NCBI GenBank assembly: GCA_035250975.1
Contig: DATFEP010000043.1
Span: 36,889 to 100,888, forward strand
Origin: Nitrososphaeraceae archaeon
Lineage (GTDB): Archaea; Thermoproteota; Nitrososphaeria; Nitrososphaerales; Nitrososphaeraceae
DNA: 64,000 nt
Reading direction: 5' to 3'
Translations under genes and position numbers: made by a program
The notes under the pieces: model-generated
Databases searched by the model: none
The model's input: the letters and a program-made list of their open reading frames with translations, nothing else
What the model was told of the DNA's origin: nothing
Shown here: positions 11,141-20,911 of the stretch, one piece after another
How the letters are laid out: each line of letters begins with the position of its first letter
How positions within the stretch are numbered: position 1 is the first letter of the stretch

Positions 11141-11248
11141 GATAATCTTCCTCCGCCAAACATAATAGCACAGGAAATAGTGGAAAATCTGGAATCAGCG
11201 TTAGAGGAATTCTCTCAGATTGAAGATGAATTAATAATAAGTAAATAG
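11135..11248 (+). pseudogene. C-terminal remnant of type I R-M methyltransferase (HsdM)
   Basis: DSDNLPPPNIIAQEIVENLESALEEFSQIEDEL matches the typical HsdM C-terminal helix. Confidence 0.65.
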
Positions 11249-11302
11249 CAGAGTATTGAGTTATTATTATTAAAAAAATCTTTTACCGTTATATTCTTAT
11301 AT

Positions 11303-11545
11303 ATGTCAATCCCACCCAGGAATAAAAAAATGGCTAAGCGTTACTGGATACTTGCAATAATATCAGTATTTATTCTAATTATGGCTTATGCTTCTTCTAT
11401 AACTCTACCTTACGGACTGGATTTGTATGCTAATCTTGTATGGATGGCATTTTTCTTTGGAATGCTTCTTGTTAGTATAGGGGCAGGAATTCAGGTAAGA
11501 GGATTAGAAAAAAAGATTAAAGAAATGAACAAAACCACTAAGTAA
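11303..11545 (+). CDS. Small two-TM membrane protein
   Basis: Two hydrophobic segments, basic termini. Confidence 0.6.
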   Translation: MSIPPRNKKMAKRYWILAIISVFILIMAYASSITLPYGLDLYANLVWMAFFFGMLLVSIGAGIQVRGLEKKIKEMNKTTK

Positions 11546-11621
11546 TTTTCATGCGTTGTTTCAATTATTTTCTTAAGATATGGTCCTGAGATGAATTTCT
11601 GAATTAAAATCTGACCAACCC

Positions 11622-12254
11622 TCAATCTTGTTTTATACTTATTTCAAGGGCATCTTTAACATTTTTGTTAAATTCTAAACTAGTTTCTGTTGTATGGCTG
11701 TTATATCTACCAGAATTTCTAACGTAGTCTAAATAATCTTTCATCTCGTTTTCATATATCAAAACATTATCTGCAACTACTATTGCCTTCTTTTTCAGCA
11801 AATTATTTTCCTCTAGAAGTTTAAGGTATAAAAAATACTGGTTTTTTTCTGCATCTAAAAAGACAAAGTCAAATTTATAATGATTATTATCAAGCATTGG
11901 AATGACCTTTATAGCATCACCAGTAATTACATCTATTCTATCTGATAATCCTGCTCTCTCGATATTCTTTTTTGCAATCTTTGCAAGATTTTTATCTATT
12001 TCCAAACAGGTAACGATAATTTCTTTAGGATGGGTGTCATTGCCATCATAATGATAATAATCATCAGCATGTGTTTTTAATACAAAATTTGCCATCAAAA
12101 TAGCTGAATATCCATGCAAAGTTCCAATCTCAAGAATCGTTTTAGGTTTATACCTCTTGATAACTTTTTCTATGATTTTTCCTTTTATTGGACCAATTGA
12201 CGGAAGGAAATTCTTTTTTGCTATCTCTTCTATTTCTGATAAAACATCCAACAA
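11622..12254 (-). CDS. Class I SAM-dependent O-methyltransferase (COMT-like)
   Basis: ILEIGTLHGYSA, FDFVFLDAEK, VADNV. Confidence 0.9.
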   Translation of the reverse strand: MLDVLSEIEEIAKKNFLPSIGPIKGKIIEKVIKRYKPKTILEIGTLHGYSAILMANFVLKTHADDYYHYDGNDTHPKEIIVTCLEIDKNLAKIAKKNIERAGLSDRIDVITGDAIKVIPMLDNNHYKFDFVFLDAEKNQYFLYLKLLEENNLLKKKAIVVADNVLIYENEMKDYLDYVRNSGRYNSHTTETSLEFNKNVKDALEISIKQD

Positions 12255-12346
12255 TACTATGCTCTTTTTGAGAGTAGTGCTATTATTATTGTTATCATAT
12301 CTACGATTTATCTCTACTTGTAATAATGAAATATTTATTCATGCAT

Positions 12347-12404
12347 CAGGAAATAGAAGGGAATTTTCTCAGATTGAAGATGAACTAATAATTACTAAGT
12401 AGCA
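12347..12404 (+). repeat. Second, internally deleted copy of the HsdM 3' tail (first copy 11171-11250)
   Basis: CAGGAAATAG...GAATTYTCTCAGATTGAAGATGAAYTAATAAT...TAGCA at both sites. Confidence 0.8.
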
Positions 12405-12524
12405 ATCTTCAAAGAATTATCATTATTTTAATAAATAAATTTTTTTATTACAATTTCTCATATTTTTTCGATAGGCTCTAAATATTAATAATAATATAAT
12501 TCAAAAAAATACCAAAGATTATTA

Positions 12525-12551
12525 GACTAGGTTAAATATTAAAACCTAGTC
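12525..12551. terminator. Hairpin downstream of the 12572-13180 gene
   Basis: GACTAGGTT-N9-AACCTAGTC perfect 9-bp stem. Confidence 0.45.
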
Positions 12552-12571
12552 GATTCTTAGTTACTGGTAAA

Positions 12572-13180
12572 TCACTGTCTATTAACTGATTGTCCTACTG
12601 ATTTTATGTAACTGGTATTTGTTCTTACCAAATCCTTTAGATTGTCGCGTGTTTGTTCTAATGCTGTATTGTATATCCTCATATTTGATGCTAGAGCGTT
12701 GTTTATGAGATTGCTCGTATTTAACAGGTAACTTGTAAAGTTATTCACCAGTACTGCTTGGTTTTCAACAATTTTCTGTGGATTATACAAGTCCCATAGG
12801 CCGGTCAAATTTACATCACTTTTTTTGTCTGCTTGTTGTGATTGAAAAGAGTTTACTACTTCTTTTTCTGCTTCAATAAAGTCAGAGGCAATATCTTTTA
12901 TAGTCTGAACGGTTTTTTCTTGATATTCAGCAATACGTTGAGTGTATTTTGGAATTTCTCGCGTAGCTTCATCAGTGGTTCTCTCTATATTATGTAAGGT
13001 GTTGTCGAGTGTCTTGTTTATTATATCTTTTTGTTGATTTAAGGTGTTATTGTAGTCTCTATTTGCTCTTTCATTGAAATTACTGTGGTCTTTGTTAAAT
13101 TTAGTTGCATTTCTTTCATTAAATTCTGGTTCATTTACAGTTATATTTTCATTTCGTTTTATTTCTTCTTTTGTTGTCAT
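12572..13180 (-). CDS. Nitrososphaeraceae-type helical protein (possibly phasin-like)
   Basis: NKTLD...DEATREIPKYTQRIAEYQEKT...IAxDFIEAEKEVVNSFQS pattern; N/Q/T-rich amphipathic helices. Confidence 0.65.
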   Translation of the reverse strand: MTTKEEIKRNENITVNEPEFNERNATKFNKDHSNFNERANRDYNNTLNQQKDIINKTLDNTLHNIERTTDEATREIPKYTQRIAEYQEKTVQTIKDIASDFIEAEKEVVNSFQSQQADKKSDVNLTGLWDLYNPQKIVENQAVLVNNFTSYLLNTSNLINNALASNMRIYNTALEQTRDNLKDLVRTNTSYIKSVGQSVNRQ

Positions 13181-13498
13181 GGTTATATATATACGTTACT
13201 AAGGTATATAAACGTACGTAATGATGTCCAATAAAAAGTCATATTTATGTTTGTATGACCTACATATTTGTATAATTGAAGGTAATATATTTGCAATTAC
13301 AATAATAACAACAAGTAAAGGAGACAAAGGATAGATAAAAAAAACAAAAAGTCAAGTGGATAGATCCGAGAAAAACACGGTCACGTCGTGTTGTGAGACA
13401 TTTTTACCCTTATTTTTAGGATAGATAAAACTAAATTTTAAATTCAATAAATTAAGTAATAATATATTCAAATATACTCAAAAATAATATCAAAGAAA

Positions 13499-13798
13499 AT
13501 GACACAAAAAGAGAAGATAGCGATATTTTACTTGTAAAATGTCACATAAGGTCGTGTAATTGTCATCGTTTCTGTGGAATCCGCCTTGAAACTCATCATA
13601 TAACTCCAGAAAGTGAAGGAGGAAGTAATAATATTGATAATGCTATTTCAGTATGTTTTGATTGTCATGCTGAAGTTTAACTATATAATGATAAGCACTA
13701 TCGTGGCCCGAATTATACCACAAACCAACTGATAGCACATAAAACAATGGCTGGATTTATGTAAATCTACTGAATTTCTAAGATTTAAAAACCGCTAA
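13499..13798 (+). pseudogene. HNH endonuclease pseudogene
   Basis: LLVKCHIRSCNCHRFCGIRLETHHITPESEGGSNNIDNAISVCFDCHAEV, in-frame TAA at 13678, frameshifts at both ends. Confidence 0.75.
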
Positions 13799-14106
13799 TA
13801 AGACACGTGTTGTAGAAATTATTAATGAATTAGACCACATAGAGTGGTGGTTCTAATCGCTCATATTAAACTTCTAGATAGATTAGCTTTCTTTCTGTGG
13901 TTTAAAATGGTCTGATGTGTCTTGAATAATATTTTAAATAGGGTTAAACAATCTACATATATTCTTCTTGTCTGTCTTGTGAGATGAACCGTTTAATCCT
14001 ATCGCGGATCATTGACCAGCATCTTGAAACTAACGGGCAAGTATGAGTGGGTTTCTATTATTTGTCATTTTTAAACTCCCATCAAGACACCCGCAACTAA
14101 TGTAAC

Positions 14107-14856
14107 TTAGATTTGTGCCTCACCACCATCGACGAACAGTTCGATACCGGTGACATAACTGCTGTCATCCGATGCGAGGAACGAGGCGACTTTAGCGACT
14201 TCATCAGCGGTACCCATCCTCCTCAACGGCACGGTGCTCGCGAGGTTCTTCTTGAGTTGTTCGCTTTGTTCCTCCTTCTGCATCAAGTTACTGAGGGCCT
14301 GTGTGTCGATGAGACCAGGACTGATGGCGTTAACACGGATCTTATGGTGTCTCAGATCGACCGTCCATGTGCGCGCAAACGAACGTACGGCGGCCTTAGT
14401 TGCGCTGTAAACACTAAACCCCTCAACTCCTTTGGATGCAGCGACCGATGAATTTAGAATGATCGAACCGCCGTGCTGAAACAACGGAATCGCTTTTTGC
14501 ACAGTGAACAGAAGTCCTTTGACGTTGACACCGAATGTTTTGTCAAAGTGCGCTTCAGAAATTTCGCCTAATGTGGCGAATTCTCCAAGTCCGGCGTTGG
14601 CGAACAGAATGTCGATGCGTCCCTTTTGTTGCTTTACCATCGCGTACATCCGATCAAGATCTGCCAGATTTGAGACATCACCCTGAACACCCGTGACGTT
14701 TTTACCGATGTCTCTTACTGCTACATCAAGTTCGGTTTGACGTCGACCTGTGATGAAAACATATGCACCATCAGTGACGAACCGCTTTGCCGTGGCAAGC
14801 CCTATGCCACTACTTCCACCTGTAATAACTGCTACTTTTCCTTCAAGTTTATTCAT
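14107..14856 (-). CDS. Short-chain dehydrogenase/reductase (probable start MNKLEGK at 14856)
   Basis: TGGSSGIG, FANAG, YSATK motifs; GC visibly higher than flanks. Confidence 0.93.
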   Translation of the reverse strand: MNKLEGKVAVITGGSSGIGLATAKRFVTDGAYVFITGRRQTELDVAVRDIGKNVTGVQGDVSNLADLDRMYAMVKQQKGRIDILFANAGLGEFATLGEISEAHFDKTFGVNVKGLLFTVQKAIPLFQHGGSIILNSSVAASKGVEGFSVYSATKAAVRSFARTWTVDLRHHKIRVNAISPGLIDTQALSNLMQKEEQSEQLKKNLASTVPLRRMGTADEVAKVASFLASDDSSYVTGIELFVDGGEAQI

Positions 14857-15018
14857 TATTTTTACTTCGTTTTGGTAGGTTTTAAGTTTATGAGTTGAAG
14901 AGATACTTTGACTCTTGTTAATCTTCAAATAAGTTCCACATTAACCTGTGATTACCATATAATGTGAAAATACTTATTCTCCGGATTAGTAATGGATTAT
15001 GCTTATGAAAAACTATTC

Positions 15019-15183
15019 TTACTCCCAATCTTCCATTGGTTTATCACGTTCCAAATTAATATGATTGAAAAAGATTCTTAATTGCCTAAGATAATAATCC
15101 CTTGTTACTTTTGATCTAATGCCAAATTCCAAATACAATAATGAATATGCATTAGAGCTTTCATAATTTTGTTGTATTTTCAA
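15019..15183 (-). pseudogene. N-terminal remnant of a second integrase family
   Basis: SNAYSLL...GIRSKVTRDYYLRQLRIFFNHINLE resembles Nitrososphaera integrase N-termini. Confidence 0.55.
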
Positions 15184-15436
15184 TTTTCTTTAATTCACCT
15201 TATTTTTTATTTTTGTGAATCCAATTAGAGAACTAATATTATAATGGGGCCAGTAGTTTCCACTGTGATATCAATTCTAAAAATGGATTCAAATTAATGG
15301 AAACATATCCAAGCTATAAAACATTGCTATACAACAAATTTGGTTAAAACACAAAATATCTATTCAGAAACCATGGTAAAAAGGATGTTTATTCAAACTC
15401 TATAATCATCGTCGAGATATAGTTCGACCGTTTAAT

Positions 15437-15952
15437 TTAAAAACTTGGTTCAATAGATTCGGTTATAGAGGTATCACGTTCCCATTCTTCATTTTGTAAT
15501 TTAATAGACTCAATTGCTATTGCGTTTGAATTAGCGTCCAATTCTGGTAATGCCTGATATTCCGAAATCCAACATCTATAAATTTTATATGCCATTATTA
15601 ACTCACCTGCTTCGTTAAATAATTCTAAAATGACATCTTTCCTAAAATCTTTTAATGATGCATCGGTACCTGGGGTAGGATCAAAATGCCAAACCTTGCT
15701 TGCCCAATTCTCAAAATCAAGGTCATGAGTAACTCCTCTTTCTAAAATGATCGATTCATATGTAATCACTCCAGCAGATTTCCTACTAGTACTTGCATCC
15801 CCTCTTTCCCTATGTTCTATTACTTCAGTAGTACGTTTTAAACCAGATATTTTATTTATTCCAGCAATGTATTTTCCATCCCATTTTACTTTAAATTTAA
15901 AGTTTTTATACGGATCGAATCTGGTTTGATTTACTGTATACTGGGATTCCAT
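15437..15952 (-). CDS. T4 gp19-like tail tube protein of eCIS (Afp/PVC) type
   Basis: RFDPYKNFKFKVKWDG, SGLKRTTEVIEHR, IILERGVT, RCWISEY..LPELDANSNAIAIE. Confidence 0.92.
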   Translation of the reverse strand: MESQYTVNQTRFDPYKNFKFKVKWDGKYIAGINKISGLKRTTEVIEHRERGDASTSRKSAGVITYESIILERGVTHDLDFENWASKVWHFDPTPGTDASLKDFRKDVILELFNEAGELIMAYKIYRCWISEYQALPELDANSNAIAIESIKLQNEEWERDTSITESIEPSF

Positions 15953-16212
15953 TCTTTGATCTATTTCTTCAATATTTCTCTCGAATTTCTTGATTCCACA
16001 TTGTAATTACAGAAAAGATTTTTTTTCCCTTTTGATTGAGGTTCGTAAATATGATTAATTTAACTGGTTCAGTAGGTTCAACGCATGGATATTTGACAAA
16101 CAGCCATTCAAGGAATGAAGATCATGAAATAAAACTAGAACATTTAAACAATTTAAGTTATATTTTAAATTTTATTAAACATTCTTATGAAAAAAATTAA
16201 TCAGTAAAGACA

Positions 16213-16626
16213 ATGTTAAAAGATATAGAAAACACCAATACCAAATTCTATGACGCATTTGAGAATCTATCAATCAAGTTGATGGATAGTGTATGGAAAC
16301 ATAGTGATGATTGTATCTGTATGCATCCTGGTTGGGAGATGTTCGTTGGTTGGTTAGCAATTCGTGAAAGTTGGATCACAATATTTGCCAGTACAGAGAA
16401 TATTAAATTTACAATTACTAATTTAAAAATCAGAACATATGATGAAGTAATCTCTGTTGTAACATGTTTAGAAAACATAGAAATGAGTTTAAATGCAAGG
16501 AAAATTAAATCTGGTGTAGTTGCAACGAATATATATGAATATGATAACAATCAGAAAAGATGGTTAATAATTCATCATCATGGATCACCAGTTTCAAATT
16601 ACTTGGTACCGCCTAAAACAGAGTAG
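16213..16626 (+). CDS. SnoaL/NTF2-like protein
   Basis: FYDAFE...W...CMHPGW...ATNIY...WLIIHHHGS. Confidence 0.85.
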   Translation: MLKDIENTNTKFYDAFENLSIKLMDSVWKHSDDCICMHPGWEMFVGWLAIRESWITIFASTENIKFTITNLKIRTYDEVISVVTCLENIEMSLNARKIKSGVVATNIYEYDNNQKRWLIIHHHGSPVSNYLVPPKTE

Positions 16627-16958
16627 AGAATTCTTTATAGTCTGGAATTGAGGTACAATTGGAGGATGTTGTTGTTTGAAATCAATAAATTGTTAACATT
16701 TTAGATAATTTGTTGGTCTATTAAAAATGGTTGATAACAGATATTAAATTATATTTTTAAATAAGTAATCATAAATAGAGCCATCTCTTTTTGTCATCGA
16801 ATAACGGTCAAAATGGCTTATATTTTATATGGTTAACTAATATACCTAAATTTTTAACATTTAGAGCGAAAGTTTGGATGATGGTCTAATGACATTCATA
16901 ATGATATTCGGTAATTCTATCAGTAGGATTTGAACCCTTGGTCCGTCTTTCATTTCCT

Positions 16959-17237
16959 TTACGCCTCATAAAGTTTGTCTGTTACTTCATGGCAACCACT
17001 CAGGTCCACTTCAACAAATATGGTTTCATTTTTCTTTGCAGCCGCAATCCATTTCTTTAATTCCTGCTTCCAATCAATTTCCTTCTCGTCCACTCTCTGA
17101 TCAAAAGCATCTACAAATCTTGTATAAAATTCACCTACTTTCGTCATTGCCCTAAAATTCTCGTCTCCCTTTAGCCCAATAGCAAATTCATTTCTGTCTT
17201 TGTTTGTGTATATACAAATTAGTGATTTCTGACTCAC
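16959..17237 (-). CDS. Hypothetical protein
   Basis: 92-aa ORF with protein-like composition. Confidence 0.55.
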   Translation of the reverse strand: MSQKSLICIYTNKDRNEFAIGLKGDENFRAMTKVGEFYTRFVDAFDQRVDEKEIDWKQELKKWIAAAKKNETIFVEVDLSGCHEVTDKLYEA

Positions 17238-17251
17238 AGCGTTATGATATT

Positions 17252-17292
17252 GTTATCATTATAGTTATCATTATAGTTATCATTATAGTTAT
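17252..17292. repeat. 12-bp tandem repeat GTTATCATTATA x3.4
   Basis: Directly visible, immediately upstream of the 16959-17237 gene. Confidence 0.9.
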
Positions 17293-17582
17293 TTTTTTTC
17301 ACTTTTCTGAATCAATATACCGATTTTTAGAAATTTGTTAATACCTACACTGCTGCTGTCAACTATAATGCATCATTTAGATTTTCATTATTATAGATTG
17401 ATTAGAACGATCATATGACATAAAAACAATCCGCACATTGCACTAATAACAAATGATTTGCTAATTGATTGTATTCGTTCAGCTGTTTATTTAGGAGTCA
17501 TATTCAGAATTAGATTCAATCTGTACTCTTACATTTACTATGTTTGATAAACAATGAAAAATATAGTTTATCCTTATGCTTT

Positions 17583-19757
17583 CTAAATTATGATTTTCAC
17601 AATTGAATTATAAATATCTGTTAGCATTTCAGAATATCTATCTATATCATATCTAGTTTTATCATCTACAAGTTGTAATGGTATTGCTTTCCGTCTTGGA
17701 TAATAAGTTATTACATATTTTAGAAGTTGACCTGCTTTTGGAAATTCTTTGTTAGATGTTAGAATCTTTAATACATTGTTTTCAATGGTATTTCTATTTT
17801 CGTATTCATCATAATTTTTAGATAATTGTTTTGTAAAAATTAAATCTTCTATTGATACTTTTCTTTCTCTAAGCAGCAATAAGTATTTTTTATAAAGAAA
17901 ATGGATTTCTGATAATTTTTGCCTGAGTTCTTTTCCATTATTAGCTCCTGCAAGAATCTCAAGAATATTTTGTTGAAAATTTGAAAAAAATAATGGCGTG
18001 TCGTGTCTTCTAGTTTCAATACCTCTCATTTTCAATGTTCCATCTTCAAAAACACCAAAGTATCTGTTTGTAACAGGAATGCGATTGTCTTGTTCAGAAG
18101 ATAGAAAGGCGATCCATTTATAGACACCTTCAAAGGATATTTCAAATCCAGTTCTTTCTTCAATACGGTTTTTTAATTTGATATAATCATTTTTTGTAGC
18201 ATTTTCTTTTTTTATCCATATTGAATCTACAATTCCATGTAAAACTTCGAATCCTAATTCTTCTGCTATCTTTACTGACTCAAGAAGAATCTTTCTAGCA
18301 AAAGCACAGACTGCAATATGTGCATCGATTCTTCCAAATTTTGCATTACTAAATCCAAGGTAACCAAAAGACGTTACAAGAATCCATTTTAATGCAGATT
18401 GTCTTGCATTATATATTTTTTTTAGGTTATCATTAACAGTTGTCTTTTTCAATTGTTTATAATACAATCTTTTTTTGAGAACTAGTTCCAGTGATTTTGG
18501 GATCAATCCTTCCTTTCTTTTACAGATGTGATAGTTTAATTCAGGTATTTTGTTATCTGAATCCAAGTAACAACATTGACATAGAATTGTCTCCGCTGAA
18601 ATATTCTTTTTGTATATTATATTTGGATATAAAGATACAAAATCAAATTCGGCTACTTTTTCATGTACTCCAATTTCTGGTTCCAGTATGAGACCTCCTC
18701 TATCTGCAATAAAAAGTTCTCTTAATGTTTTTGGATATTCTGACATTGTTGGTTTCCATGGTACAAGAATACCTTTTTTTGTTGCGTTATACAGATGAAA
18801 ACTTGTTAAGCATTTACCAATTGTTGCTCTTGAGGTCTCATGCAAGGGAAGTCTTGATAGTCTAGAAATCTCTACAAGTCCATGGACATCTTGGGTTTCT
18901 CTCCAAAGAAAAGAGGAACTAGTATCTATATGCCATCTACCATAAAATCTGATACTAGATGGTTTATAGTATGTTCTACCATATGAAAAATACGAGATAC
19001 CGTTTCTCGTAGGTTTTTTTAGCGTGACATTAGAATCTCTACCAAGTACCAAATCTAGATTATTTTCTGATGCCCTATGAATTAGATAGGGAAAAAGAAA
19101 TGAATCTCCATTCTCTGTTATAATTATATCAGGATCTAATTTTTTTACTATCTTGGATAACTGTATAATTATTTCATCTTCTGATTCACTTTGAATATTT
19201 ATTTTTGGTTCTTTGTCACAAGTTGTAGTAATAGTAATATGTTTTAATTTGTCTGATAATTTTGGTATCCCTCCTTTTTGAAAGTTAATCTTTAAATAAA
19301 TATTTCTAAAATTTGGTACGATATAATTTGTCAAAGATACACAATCATTATCAAACACTTTCCAAAATAACCCATACGGGGACTCTTCGACATCAAAGGC
19401 ACCACATGGAAATAAATCATGTTCATAAAAATAATGCTGTACTGGTAAAAGATCTATATTGTATAATCGAAATCCTCCAGATACTTTTACTATTTTCCTT
19501 TCTATGATATTTGCAAGTTTTACATTACTTGCAATATATTGCGTGTATATCTTTAATACTTTGGATTTTTCATCGTCTGTTATTTTCTCATATCTATATA
19601 CGTATTCAGTTTTTTTAATGAAATCTTCTCTTTCTCTAAGATTACATATTTGTTCTAAATTAGAGGTATTATTGGATGCTAAATAAAAATAGTTATTCCA
19701 TTTGGTGTCTTCTATTTTTATCGTATTATTTTTGGAATCTTTAATCCAAAAAATCAT
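17583..19757 (-). CDS. polB2: Family B DNA polymerase, PolB2 group
   Basis: Motif A FDFVSLYP, motif B RQSALKWILVTSFGYLG, altered motif C HGIVDS; degenerate exonuclease domain; the open frame extends upstream through GWIFDAY. Confidence 0.9.
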   Translation of the reverse strand: MIFWIKDSKNNTIKIEDTKWNNYFYLASNNTSNLEQICNLREREDFIKKTEYVYRYEKITDDEKSKVLKIYTQYIASNVKLANIIERKIVKVSGGFRLYNIDLLPVQHYFYEHDLFPCGAFDVEESPYGLFWKVFDNDCVSLTNYIVPNFRNIYLKINFQKGGIPKLSDKLKHITITTTCDKEPKINIQSESEDEIIIQLSKIVKKLDPDIIITENGDSFLFPYLIHRASENNLDLVLGRDSNVTLKKPTRNGISYFSYGRTYYKPSSIRFYGRWHIDTSSSFLWRETQDVHGLVEISRLSRLPLHETSRATIGKCLTSFHLYNATKKGILVPWKPTMSEYPKTLRELFIADRGGLILEPEIGVHEKVAEFDFVSLYPNIIYKKNISAETILCQCCYLDSDNKIPELNYHICKRKEGLIPKSLELVLKKRLYYKQLKKTTVNDNLKKIYNARQSALKWILVTSFGYLGFSNAKFGRIDAHIAVCAFARKILLESVKIAEELGFEVLHGIVDSIWIKKENATKNDYIKLKNRIEERTGFEISFEGVYKWIAFLSSEQDNRIPVTNRYFGVFEDGTLKMRGIETRRHDTPLFFSNFQQNILEILAGANNGKELRQKLSEIHFLYKKYLLLLRERKVSIEDLIFTKQLSKNYDEYENRNTIENNVLKILTSNKEFPKAGQLLKYVITYYPRRKAIPLQLVDDKTRYDIDRYSEMLTDIYNSIVKIII

Positions 19758-19804
19758 TTTGTTATCTAAATGGTAAGCGTCAAAAATCCATCCAGTTGTT
19801 TTAA

Positions 19805-20059
19805 CTAAATTGTAGTCACTCCATCTAAAGTAGGAACAGTAGTAGATGTTGTTCGCTTGTATTGTTCAAATAAAAGCGTCATTAATAGAGATTCGGTTGA
19901 ATAATCCCTTCCTTTTGCACTGATAGATTCTGAATATTGGTAACAATTTTTTAGCATCTGATCAAATAGTTCTCTGTCTTTTTTTCTCAGGCAGTCTGAA
20001 TAACTTTTCCATGAGTCTATCTCTTTTGTTAGTATATCTTCATATGGAAATAGATTCAT
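19805..20059 (-). CDS. PolB2-associated small helical protein (arCOG07300/PPB2-like), copy 2
   Basis: WKSYSDCLRKKDRELFDQM..Y pattern; coupled to the upstream paralogue by an ATGA overlap. Confidence 0.75.
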   Translation of the reverse strand: MNLFPYEDILTKEIDSWKSYSDCLRKKDRELFDQMLKNCYQYSESISAKGRDYSTESLLMTLLFEQYKRTTSTTVPTLDGVTTI

Positions 20060-20301
20060 CTTGATATCACATTCGTCTTTTTTTTTAAAGACTTGTATTG
20101 ATTAAAAATAATAGATAATAAAATAGGATATATTCTAATGGGATTGCTACAATAAGAACAAGCAGAATTGTATAACCTGGCAATTGAAAACATTTCTCTA
20201 AATAATTTTCTCTTTTCTAGATTCAGATATTTTTGATATGATTTCCATTCTTTTTGTTCGAGATCAATTGCTATTCTAAATGAGGGAATAGTTCTACCCA
20301 T
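20056..20301 (-). CDS. PolB2-associated small helical protein (arCOG07300/PPB2-like), copy 1
   Basis: MGRTIPSFR...EWKSY...LFREMF...NP signature. Confidence 0.8.
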   Translation of the reverse strand: MGRTIPSFRIAIDLEQKEWKSYQKYLNLEKRKLFREMFSIARLYNSACSYCSNPIRIYPILLSIIFNQYKSLKKKTNVISR

Positions 20302-20307
20302 TTATAT

Positions 20308-20895
20308 TCACGTTCTATCTCTTTTTTGTGGTTTTTTATGATTCTTGAAATCTGGTAGAGTGATAGAAGAGAAAACGGTTACAATAGAATTGTTAATATT
20401 ATTTAGTGATTTTGTAATCTGTTTAACAATCCAATCTTTCTCTTCTTGTTCTATTTGTTGTTTGACCGAATTCAAGAGAAATAGATCAGAAATAATAACT
20501 AATAATTTTGATTGGGATTTTTCCATTAATTCAAAAAGTTCATGAATTAATGTCTCTGCTAATTGATAAATGGTAAACACTCTGGTAATTATTACATGGT
20601 CTAAAACCTTGTTGACATCCATCCCATACTTTTTCTTTGCGAGATTTACACATTGATAAAAATCAAATCTATTGTTACTTGTAATAACAAGTACATTTGA
20701 AGATTCTAGACCACCATATCTTTTTGGAAGTAATCCTTTAACAATTATATCACTAACTAATTCATCACAATCTACAAAGGAAATCTTGTCACCATATCTT
20801 AACTTAATAGATTCGTTATTGTTTATATGGAAAGTCAGTATATTCAAATATTCATAGGCAATTAACGGTTTTGTATAGTGTAACACCGTTTCCAT
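20308..20895 (-). CDS. Inactivated RadA/RecA-like protein
   Basis: LPKRYGGLES, RFDFY, VLDHVIITRVFTIYQL; Walker A absent; PolB2 context. Confidence 0.75.
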   Translation of the reverse strand: METVLHYTKPLIAYEYLNILTFHINNNESIKLRYGDKISFVDCDELVSDIIVKGLLPKRYGGLESSNVLVITSNNRFDFYQCVNLAKKKYGMDVNKVLDHVIITRVFTIYQLAETLIHELFELMEKSQSKLLVIISDLFLLNSVKQQIEQEEKDWIVKQITKSLNNINNSIVTVFSSITLPDFKNHKKPQKRDRT

Positions 20896-20911
20896 ACCGT
20901 ACTTTACGGTA
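20895..20911. promoter_or_regulatory. Palindromic operator candidate TACCGTA-CTT-TACGGTA
   Basis: Perfect 7-bp inverted repeat between a minus-strand TATA-like box (~20917-20925) and the ATG at 20895. Confidence 0.55.

Noticed and set aside
16921-16946. GGGTTCAAATCCTAC on the minus strand, resembling a tRNA T arm or att site
   Set aside because: No acceptor, D or anticodon arms, and it does not match the tRNA-Gly 3' end
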